Shown: positions 1 through 12,690 of the stretch, one piece after another
Numbering within the stretch: the first letter of the stretch is position 1
How the letters are laid out: each line of letters starts with the position of its first letter
Source: Macrostomum lignano
Lineage: Eukaryota
DNA: 64,000 nucleotides
Direction of reading: 5' to 3'
Assembly: GCA_002269645.1 (NCBI GenBank)
Contig: NIVC01000020.1
Coordinates: forward strand, 930,001 to 994,000
Translations under genes and position numbers: made by a program
Notes under the pieces: model-generated
What the model saw: the letters and a program-made list of their open reading frames with translations, nothing else
Told to the model about the DNA's origin: nothing
Databases searched by the model: none

Positions 1-350
1 GAGGAGAGAGAGAGGGAGAGAGAGGAGAGAGAGAGGGAAAGAGAGAGGAGAGAACATGCAGAAAGAATGAGAAAAGAGAAGAGAGAAAAGATAAAAGAGG
101 AGAAAGAAGAGATAGATAAGAGAGCAAAGACGAGAGAGAAGAGAGGTGAGGGAAGAGACGATAGAAGAGAGGAGAGAGGAGAGAGGAAAGAAGAGATGAG
201 ATGAGAGGAGAGAGAGGAGAGAGTAGAGAGGAGGGAGGAGAGGAGGGATAAAAGAATAGAAGGGAGAGAGAATAGACGAGAGAATAGGGGATAGAGGAGA
301 GAGAGAGAAGAGACAGAGACGAGAGAGAGGAGAGGAAACAGAAGAGAAGG
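1..350. repeat. GA-rich low-complexity/microsatellite tract
   Basis: Almost purely G/A (gaggagagag...) from the window start to about 350. Confidence 0.9.
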
Positions 351-1878
351 TCGAAGTTTCGAAGGATCCAAGGGACATAAGGAGAGGCAAAGGCCAGAGT
401 TTGCCTGTTCGGAGCACCCCAGCCAACAATATAAATGTTTGCCTCAAATCCTAATTTTTTACGAATGTACTCTATTTTATGTTTAATTCTAACCTAACTA
501 TTAACGAGTTTTTGTTTGAGTTTGACCTCAGATTTTAGAATACGAGTACATGCAAAAATAGTTCCAGGGATTGAAATTCCCCGGGTTCAAAATCCGCGGG
601 TTTCAACAGCTTGTTTGATTCATAAACACAATATTTATTTTTTACTCTGTCCTCAGTGTCATTATGTTATTGATACATTTATGCATATTGGTGTTAGAAC
701 TCTATTCTCATTGGCTATTGTCAAAATGTTACCATTGTCATTTTCTAATGCTTACTTTGGTTTCTATTTGTTGTTTGTATCAGTGAAACATTTTAAGGGG
801 GATATTGCGACATTCTGTTTTAAAATATTTGTCCTTCTTTCTATATGCACATTGTTAGCAACTCTTCTTTACTATCAATTATTAATTGGTTAGCATCCCC
901 ACCTTGTCAGCCATCCTTGGGCTTTTGCATATTGAACCCCATTTGATTTTTCTATCTATTCTTTATCTTATCTACTCTAGCCACCTCCAAAAAAATATAT
1001 GCTGCACAAAGGGATGGCTTTCAAGCCTGGTCCTCTCTTTTTCTACTTTAATTATCTTCAAATCAAGCTGCAAATTGTTGAATAGTATTATTTTTTCTAT
1101 AATCTAATATACTAAAATAATAAACTAAACAATAAAATAGACAGCCATAACCTATCACAATACAATTAGGCAACAAGAAAAAAAAGACTCTAAAAGACTA
1201 TAATACCTAGGTTTATTGGCATATGTAGTAAAATCAATCATCCATATACAAATGTGATAATTTTTCTTTAGCAAAAAACTTGCAATAGAATCACTGATTA
1301 GCAAGAGTTCATGAAGATAACACCAATATCTAATCCACTGCAACTATGGCATATAGTGCACTTGGACTATTTTTATAGCTTGGACATATGCCATTTGGTA
1401 TATTCTAGGGTCTAGTCCTCTAATATCAATGGGTTATTGAAACTTAATGAACTGAAACATTTATAAAAAAGGATATCTCAAATGTCTACCATATACTAAA
1501 AACTTAATGTTGGATTGGCTTAATTGGCTTTATTTCTTGACTATAAAAAATTTCAACTCAAAAAATGCTACAAACTCCTTGGCCATAGTTAGGATTCAAA
1601 CAAGGGGATTATAATGTGAGCATCCTATGTACAAGTGCTTGTAAATTGATGTTGTTTGTTACTAATTATTAATTGATATTTTGTTTCATTTTTTGGCTAT
1701 TTTTCTTAAAGTATACAAAGTTAATTTAGATTAATTATTATTTATTAGAATTATAAAATAGGTCAAAAAAGCTAGATGCAATTCTAGAACCAGTTTGGTG
1801 ACCCTTTTTTATAATCAATATAATGCATCATTAAGTATGACATACTCACATTTCATAGGCTAGTATTGCAACCCTCAA

Positions 1879-2172
1879 AAATGGTCATACAACCTAGGTT
1901 TATTTTTTTGTGCGCAATGTGTAGATGTACCCTAAATTTTAAAACTGCACCCTGAAATTAAAAAATAGGTGCAGTTTAGGTGCAGTCTCACAACATATTT
2001 TCCATTGAAGCCTTATTTGCACTGCCTTGAAATAAGAAAAAAAAATTGCACTTTGAGCCTTAAAATTACACTATGAAAGTGAGCAAGTGTGATTTTGCAC
2101 TGTCTCTGGCAAAAAAGAAAACCCTGCATGCAACCCCATTGGAGGTTGCAACCCATAGGTTGAGAACCACTG
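1879..2172. mobile_element. Degenerate hAT/Charlie-type MITE (right end clear, left end decayed)
   Basis: 2157-2172 AGGTTGAGAACCACTG is the reverse complement of CAGTGGTTCTCAACCT, a Charlie-family TIR. It is preceded by GTTGCAACCCAT and followed by ATCTAAAG, which resembles the NTCTAGAN target preference. The left end (about 1879, aaatggtcatacaacct) is only a weak match and no TSD is seen. Confidence 0.4.
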
Positions 2173-3334
2173 ATCTAAAGGGTGTCTTGACAGTGCTAAG
2201 AATGAGGTCTTTTTTTCTGATCAAGGCAAAGTTAAGACCCCCTGGTTTTAGCTAGGTTTGAGATAGAGGGAGAGTTCAAATAAAGAATGATTGGACTCCT
2301 ATCTAGCAAGCTATAGCGCTACAATTGGAAACAATAAGGAATTGGCTTTTATTGCTTTAGGCTCTATGCACAGGTTTTTTAATAATAATTATATTAGTTT
2401 ACAAATAAAATATATGCATATGGCTGCATATTTATTATTATATTTAAAATATCCTTACAATCTAGCCAATAGCTTTAGTTTTGTTTCTTTGAATTGTAGC
2501 CTTAGCTTTCTCACTAGCCTGTATGCTTAAAAGATAAATAAATAACAGCAAGACAAATAGGTATTGATTTTCACCTGACAAATAGCTCAATCAACTGCAG
2601 GGTCATTCCACGAGAAAAGGACACAATGGGAAAAAAATTAAAACTGATGTAGAAGCACCAACTTTGCTTAAAGTGCTTAGTGAGAGTCTATATTTTATGT
2701 TTTTATTGAACTTTAATGAAGATATGGCATTTTTGTTCCTTTTTTTCTACTCCAAAGTCTATGTAATGCATACATTCTGAATAGGTACGCTGATAGGTAT
2801 AAAGTTTTAAGCTTTGCAATTTAATAGTTACTAACTATAGAAGTCGTTTTCTGGCATATAACTAATGTTTCAGTATATGAAAGTAAAAAAAACGTTTTTA
2901 GCAGTTTAAACATAGCTTGAAAGATAGTATGAAACAGTTTATTGTGATGTAATTCATGTGTTACGACCGGGATATAGAAAGTTGAAAAGTTTTTTTGGTG
3001 ACTGTCTCTTTGAAAAAATTAACATCGGGAATGGTTTTCATTTGAAACACATGTATATTGGTGTGATACAGAAGTATTGACACAGTTCGATATGCATTTT
3101 GTACTCTATTTTATGTGTAAAGTTAGGTTACGACCGGGATATCCTGGTCGTAACATGGTCGTAACACAATGATACCATTTGTTTTTTCATGTTGATTTTT
3201 ATTCCCTCATTCAAAATACTGACCGTGTGTTATTTTTCTACACATAATATTAAGTACATGTATAAAGTACATGTGTACAACGCAGAAAACAAAATACTAT
3301 AAATATATATATATATTTATCTCAATTAAAACAG

Positions 3335-3802
3335 GTCAAGGGCATCCAGCGTGACCACTTCTGGTGCCTGGACACTGACAGTGAAGTTGCTGTGCGAGCG
3401 CCAGTCTCAAGTGCTCCGCCGCCAAGGCCTTCCTGGGTCCCTGCAGCTGCCAGTACTCCGGTTCCAGCAGGCAGGCTGCTCACTGGCATGAGCCAAGAGT
3501 CCGCTGAGGCTCCAAGTGCCAGTCTTGACCCCATCGCAGCTGAGCTAGCTGTGGGCCGGTGGGTCCTGGTCGACTATGAGGGCGAGGTTTTCCCTGGCCA
3601 GGTTGTGAAGATCCGGCAGCTGGACGACACTGAGGGGGTGTTTGAATACAAAGTGAATGTGATGGTGAAAAGCGGCAACACGAACTACGCCTGGCCAAAG
3701 TCCAAGGACTGTATTTACTACCCACTGGCTGACATCCAGAAGCTGTTGGATCCCCCTGTGCCCTTGGATGCCCGTGGCCACTTCAAATTCAACTTTGAGT
3801 GA
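3335..3802 (+). pseudogene. Orphan terminal exon of a transposase (Tudor/SH3-like beta-barrel C-terminal domain)
   Basis: Acceptor aaacag at 3334, then an open frame VKGIQRDHFW...GRWVLVDYEGEVFPGQVVKI...YKVNVMVKSG...WP..KD.IYY...LDPPVP...RGHFKF to TGA at 3802. It is a GC-rich island inside AT-rich element DNA, and no DDE core is present. Confidence 0.6.
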
Positions 3803-3823
3803 TGGGCAACAACAGCAACTGCC

Positions 3824-3904
3824 ACACAATAAACATGGATGCAGAACCTGGAACCCGGATGTTACTTTTCTGGGTTCCAGGTTCTGCATCCATGTTTATT
3901 GTGT
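3824..3904. other. Perfect 33-bp inverted repeat (15-nt loop) containing AATAAA on both strands
   Basis: 3824-3856 ACACAATAAACATGGATGCAGAACCTGGAACCC is the exact reverse complement of 3872-3904. Confidence 0.95.
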
Positions 3905-6900
3905 TCACTTTACTGCTTTTACTTCGACGTTTTTGCTGATCTGAAATGGGAAAATTTAATTTGTCAGTGTTATAATAGTGCATGCAAAATCTAGCGTGTT
4001 TGGGTACCATCAAACTCAATGTCACTTTGTAGGTCATAAAAGATGTTGAAAAAATGCTATCGTTGACCTTGAAGTCCAAAACAAGTTTTAATAGTTTTTA
4101 CCAAATGTTTAACTATCATTTCAAACGATCATAAGACATGTACCTTTCAAGAAAAGAACGATATTACTTGACTCACCGCCACTTTGTTGATAATTCCCGA
4201 GTGTGACTGCGGGGAGACAAAAGTGTTACGACCGGGATGTTACGACCGGGATTTTAACAAACTGACTTTAAACTATCAAAAGTACTAAAATAGAAGCGAA
4301 TCACATTGCTTACCTGTTGTTTCATTTCTTTGTAGCATATTTTTGTCACTCGCTTGTGGTTCCAATGAATATGTTGAGTAAACTTTTAGTTTACTTTTTA
4401 AAAACGTGATCTACGTTTTTCACTGGTTACGACCGGGATGTGAATGTTTTGTTAATTATTCTCCTAATAAAACAACAATTTGTGCCAACTGTTTTTGCAA
4501 AAGAAAGACCATACGAAGTGCTTTCAAGACCACATGTTTTTTGTTTCAAATACTTTCGCCTATTAGAAAAAATATGACCAAATACAGTGACATGTTACGA
4601 CCGTCCTTATCTGGAATGACCCTGCGAATTATATTCTAAACTGGGATTAAGATAGGCATACTGATGGTCAATCCTGGCATTTTTGAATCCTAGACAATTG
4701 TGATCCTAAGATTTAGGCCTAATCAAAATTAGGATTTTTGGATCTTAGGGTCCCAGGATTGCATTCCCTACTTGTAAGTCCCTAATATAAGCAATTTATA
4801 GGCTTAGCCTTAAACATAGCCATATTCTTGAAATTACAAATTAGCAACTTGGCATTTTTTAAACTAATTTTCAAAATCCAAGTTGGGTAGGCCAATAGAT
4901 TTTGAGTTGCTAATTAGAGATTGGATAGGATTGAAATCTTTGTGCAGGATTGGGATTAGGAATAATTTTTTTCTTGGAATTGGGATCAGGAATTGGGATC
5001 AGGTCTTTTAGTATATTGTAGTTTGAAGGTCCATATAAAGTTAAACAAAATTAAGCAAAAAATATCAAGATCAAAAGTAAAACATAACAAAATTGATGCA
5101 AAGTTTTGTAATCAACAAAGGGCGATCTTCTAGTTTGTTTTGCAATATTATTTGCTTGTTTATTTTAGTTTAAAATAGTATGTCAATGCAGTAAAACATT
5201 AGAAAATGAGACCTACACCCAAAAGGGATGTGAAATAGAAGCAGATGAGTAATAGTAACAGTTAGGGGGGGGGCAGAAAACAGAGGATTTGGTTACAGAG
5301 GATAATAATGTGACACCCAATATGGCACAACACCAAATACTGTGCCAAGGTATAGGTAAAGTGGCGCCACAGAAATTCCTTGGACAGCCAGTGAAATTAG
5401 AATGTCTTTAACAGGATTTAGGGATTGGGATCAGGATCCCATCTGACCTCTATTGCTAATTTAAATAATTTTAATTCAACTAGACTCTAATTGATCTAAA
5501 CATAGAAAAATGGATTTATATCTATGATAGTACTATTAGATACTAAGGTTATGGAAGGAGAATAGGCCTAGTAGAATTTATTAGGCCCTTAACTATAAAA
5601 CCTTATTGGGCTTTGGATTTCTAACATACATATAACAATATTTTCATACAACCCATTTTTATTAACTAGTTAGTAGGCTCTACTGTAGATAATAGGTAGA
5701 GGGCTTGTTACTAGTTTACTTTTTAAGAAGCATTCTATTTAGCTATACACTCTCATCATTGTGATTAGGCCTATGGCCTATGCATAAGCAAACCATTAAC
5801 CAAAAGCAACAGATATTTTTTATTCTAAGAAAATGTAAATAAAGAAGGGTTACTGACCAAATCTCATCTAATTCAGGGTTTATTCAGGTGTTAATTTAGG
5901 AGGGCTTGTTTGCACGTTCGTTGATTTGTTTCACTCTGTGACTTTATAGTGTTCATTTCCGCCATAATATTAATTTTCAAACAGTTTTTTTAATATTTAA
6001 ATTAGACTTTCGATTTTTTAAATTAAACCAAAATATAAACACTTTATAACAAGTACGAAGTGTTGAAATGCTTTTTAAGTGCTGTACGTGATTCTGGTGC
6101 TTGATTTCAAATTTAAATTATTTTTAACTGTCGATGAGAGTGTAAATGTCCCCTATGAAATACTCCTTTGTGGATTAAAGCTTAAAGGACTGGAGGGAAA
6201 GGATAGGACAAGGGAAATTTATTTTAAAGGACGCCGCGACATCTCTTAAGATTTTTTGTCGAAAATTGCCGTCCGTTTTGTCTATAGCTTTACTTCGGGC
6301 TCAATTTCCAGTGTTTGAGTTGACACTGGCCGCTGGTCTTTTTGAAAGATTGGCTCGATCATCTTAGATGTACATAAGTTGTACAAGTTAGTACAAGTTG
6401 AATCCATTTTAGTTGATAAAAAATGATAACGCTCTCCCTCCATTTTTTACCATAAAATTGTTCAGTCAATATCTTTCTCTTCAATTTCTTTTTGGCTGGC
6501 TTATCATATCTTTTCAGTTTTTTATAATCCTTGCAAGTACACATTTTTCTACTGAAAGTAGCATGAGTGTAAGCATTAGTAGGATCGAGTTAACCCGCAT
6601 TGGTTTGGAGAGATTACAAGCCTATAGCAGCTAGTATATAAATAGCCTCCACTGAGCACTCAGATAAGAGGGAAGGCCTTTGTTTATGCAACTTTAGAGT
6701 TGATAAAATATAAGCGAACATTATAAGATATAGAGGTATGCATAAGTGCTGTACATGTACGCGTATGTGTATAAGGTCGGGCAGTCTAGTGGTTTTGCAA
6801 TGTTAAAAATTTAACTAGTTTTCATTTATGCAGTAGATAAAAATCATAACCGAAAACAAGACACACATGGAAGTATTTAGAAATAGAAACTTATAAGCTG

Positions 6901-7399
6901 CTGCATGCTTGCTTATCAGTTGAACCACCAAGTGGATTACCCCCAAACAAACGTTTTTGTTGCGCCGGAAAGGGGCAACGCAGGCACACGAAATTCAAAA
7001 ACGCGGGCTACATTTCGTTGCGCACCCCTTCTCAAACAAAAATCAAATCGCGTCAGCCGTCTGGTCGAAGCTCGAATCGGCCCTAAGATCGAGGGTTAGC
7101 AGACCTTCGAAGCAGATGGGCCCATCGAAAATCTAATTTTCCCTTTGCCTTCGCCCCTCCCCTTGAAGCAGCAGGTGCAGATTGCTCCGCGGCTTCTTTC
7201 TGGCAAAGATCCTCCCGTCCCGATAATTTTCTTTCCCTGTAGCCAATTTTCCAATTTTCCTGAGCAGTTGCTCACGCTGACGGAGAAGCCAAGCCTCTCT
7301 CTCTGACCCCAGGTCTGCCGCCCTTCATCTCCTGCAGTTCGTCTCCTCTTAGAGCTTCTCCAACTCCCTCCTTAGTTCGTTTTCCCAACTGGAATCGCT

Positions 7400-8228
7400 C
7401 AGGGATGAGCTGCTTCATTTACAGGGATGAGCTGCTTCATCTGCAGGGATGAGCTGCTTCATTTGCAGGGATGAGCTGCTTCATTTACAGGGATGAGCTG
7501 CTTCATCTGCAGGGATGAGCTGCTTCATTTACAGGGATGAGCTGCTTCATCTGCAGGGATGAGCTGCTTCATTTGCAGGGATGAGCTGCTTCATTTGCAG
7601 GGATGAGCTGCTTCATTTGCAGGGATGAGCTGCTTCATCTGCAGGGATGAGCTGCTTCATTTGCAGGGATGAGCTGCTTCATTTACAGGGATGAGCTGCT
7701 TCATCTGCAGGGATGAGCTGCTTCATCTGCAGGGATGAGCTGCTTCATCTGCAGGGATGAGCTGCTTCATTTACAGGGATGAGCTGCTTCATCTGCAGGG
7801 ATGAGCTGCTTCATTTGCAGGGATGAGCTGCTTCATTTGCAGGGATGAGCGCTTCATCTGCAGGGATGAGCTGCTTCATTTGCAGGGATGAGCTGCTTCA
7901 TTTACAGGGATGAGCTGCTTCATCTGCAGGGATGAGCTGCTTCATTTACAGGGATGAGCTGCTTCATCTGCAGGGATGAGCTGCTTCATTTACAGGGATG
8001 AGCTGCTTCATCTGCAGGGATGAGCTGCTTCATTTGCAGGGATGAGCTGCTTCATTTGCAGGGATGAGCTGCTTCATTTGCAGGGATGAGCTGCTTCATC
8101 TGCAGGGATGAGCTGCTTCATTTGCAGGGATGAGCGCTTCATCTGCAGGGATGAGCTGCTTCATTTGCAGGGATGAGCGCTTCATCTGCAGGGATGAGCT
8201 GCTTCATCTGCAGGGATGAGCTGCTTCA
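7400..8228. repeat. Minisatellite, 22-bp unit CAGGGATGAGCTGCTTCATYTR, about 37 copies
   Basis: Direct reading. The unit is a near-palindrome (GATGAGCTGCTTCATC). Confidence 0.97.
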
Positions 8229-9155
8229 AACACCCCAGTTTCGCTTGTGTCTCTCCAATCAGGGACCTGCAGCTGTCTATCGTTCCCAACTGTTACCGCT
8301 AGAATGCGGTGCTGGTTTCTAAATCCCCACCCCCTCCAAAAAATGTCTCCGCCAAACTAGAAGACCTGAGTGTGACAGTGGAGCAGAGTGGAGCAGTGCT
8401 GAGTTCCCACCCACTCAGTCTCAGTCAGTACGCACGCACGACTTCCCCTGCAAACCCACCCTCTGCTGCGTTCCTGCGCACTTCTAAGTTTAAATGTACT
8501 TTTCCCTGTTTTAGAGAGAGAGAGAGAAAGGAGGGGGAGAAACGGAGATTAAGCGCTGCGGGCCTGAGGTGGCGAACAACTGCGAACAATGCCAAGGCAG
8601 ATAAAGCAGCAGCCTCCCTTTGCATTTGTTAGTATTTCATTCTGCACTGCTGCGCTTTATCCAGCTCTCACCCGCCCTGCCACTCACTGCAGCCCGCGCA
8701 TTCCGCCACAAGTCCCCCTTCTCTCTCCACCCCACCCTCCCTCTGCAGTTCACTTCTGCGCAGTGCAGCGCCAAAGCCAAAAAGAGAATTGCAGAGGGCC
8801 GGGGGTTGGGCCGGGCCGGAGGGGGTGGGCGCTGCTGCTGTAGTTGAAATGCAGGCGGGTGGCCGGCCGTCTCCGAGGCAGAGCCGGCCTGCGCTGTAGA
8901 AAACAGGAAAGACAGGCAGAGCGAGACAGAGAGTACGGGAAACAGCCAGCGTTACTTTTTCTGATGCGTCTTCCATATTCCCAGGTAGAGCCGCCCCCCG
9001 GCGGAGCCGCTGCTACAAATTGAGGCTCTTTCCCAGGCCGAACCGGTTGCTCAACTCTCCCTTCTCCCCCCACCTCACCGGGCCCCATAGTTGAGAACCT
9101 CAAATCCCCTTGGCAACCCGAGTCTTCCCGCGGGCCGAGGCGAAGCGGCCTCCAA

Positions 9156-12100
9156 ATGGGACACGAGGACAACAGCAAAGGCGGCAACGGCGGGCAATCG
9201 TCGCTGACGAAGAGTCTGCTTCTGCCTGGCCTGATTCTGCTTTTGTTGCTGCTTCTGGCTGTTCGGCGTCGCAACCGGCGTCACGTGACTTGCGACGCGC
9301 CCGGGCCTCCGGCCTGGCCGTTGATTGGCAGCCACTTCCACGTTGAGCTGCCGTTGTGGCGCTGGGTGGAGCGCGAGGGCAAGGCGCGCTACGGCCCGGT
9401 GATCCAGGTGCGTTTCCCCGACCACCTGGCCGTGATCGTCTCTGGCTACGATGAGGTCCGCGAGGTTTTCCTCAACGAGAGCCTCCTGGGCCGGCCGCAG
9501 TTGCCCTGGCGCAAGCAGGTCGGCGGCCTGGCCCTCAGCGAAGGCAAACTCTGGCGCGCCCACCGGACCTTCAGCGTCCGCGCTCTCAACGACTTCGGCT
9601 GGGGCCGGCCGGCCTGCCAGGCCGACGTGGCCGAGGAGTCGCGCCAGATTGTCCAGGAGATTCGCGACCGCCTACCGGCCGGGCCGGCGCCGCAGCTGCG
9701 CTCGGCCGAGCTGGACGTCGGCGAGCTGGTGACTCAGAGCGTCAGCGCCGTCATCAGCCGGATGATCTTCGGCTGCGAGCAGGTGGCCTACGACGAGCGC
9801 TTCTACTCCAAGCTGCCTCTCATGCAGTCCATCGAACAGGAGAACCGGCTCAGCCTGGCCCAGACTCTGATGAGGCGCCTCGGGAAGCTGCCCTGGCCTC
9901 TGGGGCCGGCCGTTCGCCGGCTGCTGTGCCTGGGCCGGCCGGAGCCGCTGGTCATGGAGGCGCTGCGGATGTGCCAGGAGCAAATCGACAAGCGACGGCG
10001 CAGCCTCCGCCACAGCCAGCAGGCGGGCGGGGCGGCGCTGGCCCGGCAGTGCAGCCGGGACTACTCAGACTACATCGAGTTCTACCTGCGCGAGAAGGCC
10101 AACTACTTCAGCGACGACGAGAACGACAGCGGCCGTCGGGACGCCGCCGGGGACGCAGCAGTCGACGAAGCCACGGGGGCGGCGATGGCGGCAGAGACGG
10201 CGCCGGACGACCCTGTGGCTCCGTCCATGCGCGACGGCCGCCTGGCCATGACGATCTTCGACCTGATGACTGGAGGAGTCGACGCTGTGGCCAACCTGGT
10301 GCGCTGGGCGCTGCTGCTCGCCTCCCTGCACCCTGAGGCGCAGCGGCGGCTGCGCGAGGAACTCGAAGCCGCAGGCGGGGACGCCTCCTACGCTGATAAG
10401 GATAAACTGCCCTATGCTGAGGCCTTCCTGGAAGAGGTACGTGTCTCAGTGCCTGAGCTCCCTTCATACAGTGCCTGAACTCCCACATACAGTGCCTGAG
10501 CTCCCTTCATAAAGTGCCTGAGCTCTTTTCATACAGTGCCTGAGCTCCCTTCATAAAGTGCCTGAGCTCCCTTCATACAGTGCCTGAGCTCCCTTCATAC
10601 AGTGCCTGAACTCCCTTCATACAGTGCCTGAACTCCCTTCAGACAGTGCCTGAACTCCCTTCATACAGTGCCTGAACTCCCTTCAGACAGTGCCTGAACT
10701 CCCTTCATACAGTGCCTGAACTCGCTTCATAAAGTGCCTGAACTCCCTTCATACAGCGCCTGAACTCCCTTCATAAAGTGCCTGAGCTCTTTTCATATAG
10801 TTTCTGAGCTACCTTCAGACAGTGCCTGAGCTCTTTTCATACAGTGCCTGAACTCCCTTCATACAGTGCCTGAACTCCCTTCAGACAGTGCCTGAACTCC
10901 CTTCATACAGTGCCTGAACTCGCTTCATAAAGTGCCTGAACTCCCTTCATACAGCGCCTGGACTCCCTTCATACAGTGCCTGAGCTCCCTTCAGTGCAAA
11001 GTCTAGCTCAGCCAGAATCTCATTTCGCACTGAGTCCAAACAACCTTCATACGAGGCCGCATTCCGAGTAGTCCGACTCAACAACAAAATAAGAGTTCAC
11101 TTTAGCTCGCACTGGACGCACAGACGGAGTTGCCATTTAGCATTTGTCCAGCGCATCGGCAACTCAAGGCTCAATTAAGCGCCATTGTTTGCCTTAAGAG
11201 AAAAACAGCAGCCTTGGCCTTGTGCTTGCGCTGAGGCGTAGCGCAGTCACAGAGCCGTGCGTCTGCACCAATTGCCCGCAGCGGCAGGGCAGAGCCAACC
11301 AGTCCAAATTTGCTTATTTTGCAAGCCGCTGTTTGCATTTCCTGGCACGTGCCCTGCGGCTGTCATTCATTCTGCGCACGGTGCGGCCTGCAATCTGCGG
11401 AGCACGTGGCTGAGACATTTCGGCTGTTGCGATTGTCCCCACGGGTTGTAATTTACAGGTGGTATCTGCCCAGACTTTCTCAGGACACTGAAGGGCATTT
11501 TCTCTGCTCATAATCTGGTCTCTGATCCATTGTGTCTGGTCTGTGATCCCTAGTGTCTGGTCTGTGATCTCTAGTGTCTGGTCTGTGATCCCCAGTGTCT
11601 GGTCTGTGATCTCTAGTGTCTGGTCTGTGATCCCCAGTGTCTGGTCTGTGATCTCTAGTGTCTGGTCTCTGATCCATTGTGTCTGGTCTGTGATCCCCAG
11701 TGTCTGGTCTGTGATCTCTAGTGTCTGGTCTGTGATCCCCAGTGTCTGGTCTGTGATCTCTAGTGTCTGGTCTGTGATCTCTAGTGTCTGGTCTGTGATC
11801 CCCAGTGTCTGGTCTGTGATCTCTAGTGTCTGGTCTGTGATCCCTAGTGTCTGGTCTGTGATCCCCAGTGTCTGGTCTGTGATCCCCAGTGTCTGGTCTG
11901 TGATCCCCAGTGTCTGGTCTGTGATCCCCAGTGTCTGGTCTGTGATCCCCAGTGTCTGGTCTGTGATCCCTAGTGTCTGGTCTGTGATCCCCAGTGTCTG
12001 GTCTGTGATCCCCAGTGTCTGGTCTCTGATCCCAGACTTCCTAATCCTAGACGGTTAGCCATATTCCTTTAGCCCCAATTTCTTCAGCTCAATTCCTCGA

Positions 12101-12690
12101 TATCTGTGTTCCCAGGTTCTCAGATTCGAATCCCAACCGCCAAAATCCCAGATCTCAACTCGAGCATCGAACCCGCCCCCCCCCAACCCGCCCGTCGCCC
12201 GCAGGTGCAGCGGTTCGTCTCCCTGCTACCCGAAGGCGTAGTCCGGCGCGCGGTGGACAGCACCACCATCGGTGGCTACCGCGTCCCCAAGGGCGCCCGC
12301 ATCATCCCCAACCTGTACGGTGTGCACCACGACCCCCTGCACTTCCCCGAGCCCGACCGCTTCCAGCCCGACCGCTTCCTCCGCGACGGCCGCTTCCAGC
12401 CGTCCCGCCACCTGCTGCCGTTCAGCCTGGGCAAGCGGGCCTGCCCCGGCGAGGCCCTCGCCCGCATGGAGGCCTTCACGCTGCTCACCGCCATCCTGCG
12501 CCGCTTCTCCGTGGCGCTGCCGGACTCGGAGGCCGCCAGGCTCGACTTGCTGCTGCGCGGCAGCGACGGCTTCGTCAGGCGGGTCGCCGAGCATCGCCTC
12601 GCCTTCACGGAGCTGCCGCAGCCGCCGCCGACACCGCCGACGCCGCCGACACAGCAGCAGCAGCAGCAGCAGGCGCCGCAGTTTCTCTAG
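9156..12690 (+). CDS. Cytochrome P450, CYP2 clan; join(9156..10436,12205..12690), about 588 aa
   Basis: N-terminal TM anchor, basic cluster, PGPPAWPLIG hinge, WRAHR C-helix, I-helix DLMTGGVDAV. The K-helix EVQR is formed across the GT(10437)-AG(12204) phase-0 junction. PDRF and heme motif PFSLGKRACPGE follow. Confidence 0.93.
10447..10993. repeat. Intronic minisatellite, 22-bp unit CAGTGCCTGARCTCCCTTCATA, about 25 copies
   Basis: Starts 10 bp after the CYP splice donor. Confidence 0.95.
11514..12035. repeat. Intronic minisatellite, 21-bp unit GTGTCTGGTCTGTGATCCCCA, about 25 copies
   Basis: Direct reading. Explains the SVWSVIP ORF. Confidence 0.95.

Larger units (their letters stand above)
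2600..4622 (+). mobile_element. Internally deleted DNA transposon, Sola-like
   Basis: TIRs GGGTCATTCCA at 2600 and TGGAATGACCC ending at 4622, flanked by TGCA/TGCG (near-perfect 4-bp TSD). Eight subterminal GTTACGACC motifs (2960, 3127, reverse 3146 and 3157, 4225, 4239, 4426, 4594). Carries one transposase-like exon. The superfamily assignment is inferred from the GGG termini, the 4-bp TSD and the protein tail. Confidence 0.7.

Noticed and set aside
565-1800. Possible decayed hAT transposase on the minus strand (CYLHELLL CxxH-like and TRWG motifs; CAGGGATTG end at 565 versus GATTGCATTCCCTA at 4770)
   Set aside because: The motifs are too degraded, the ends match only partially and there is no 8-bp TSD. 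It needs a profile search to be supported.
5900-6550. Possible zinc-finger or transposase remnant on the minus strand
   Set aside because: Only short Lys-rich fragments, with no complete motif or termini.
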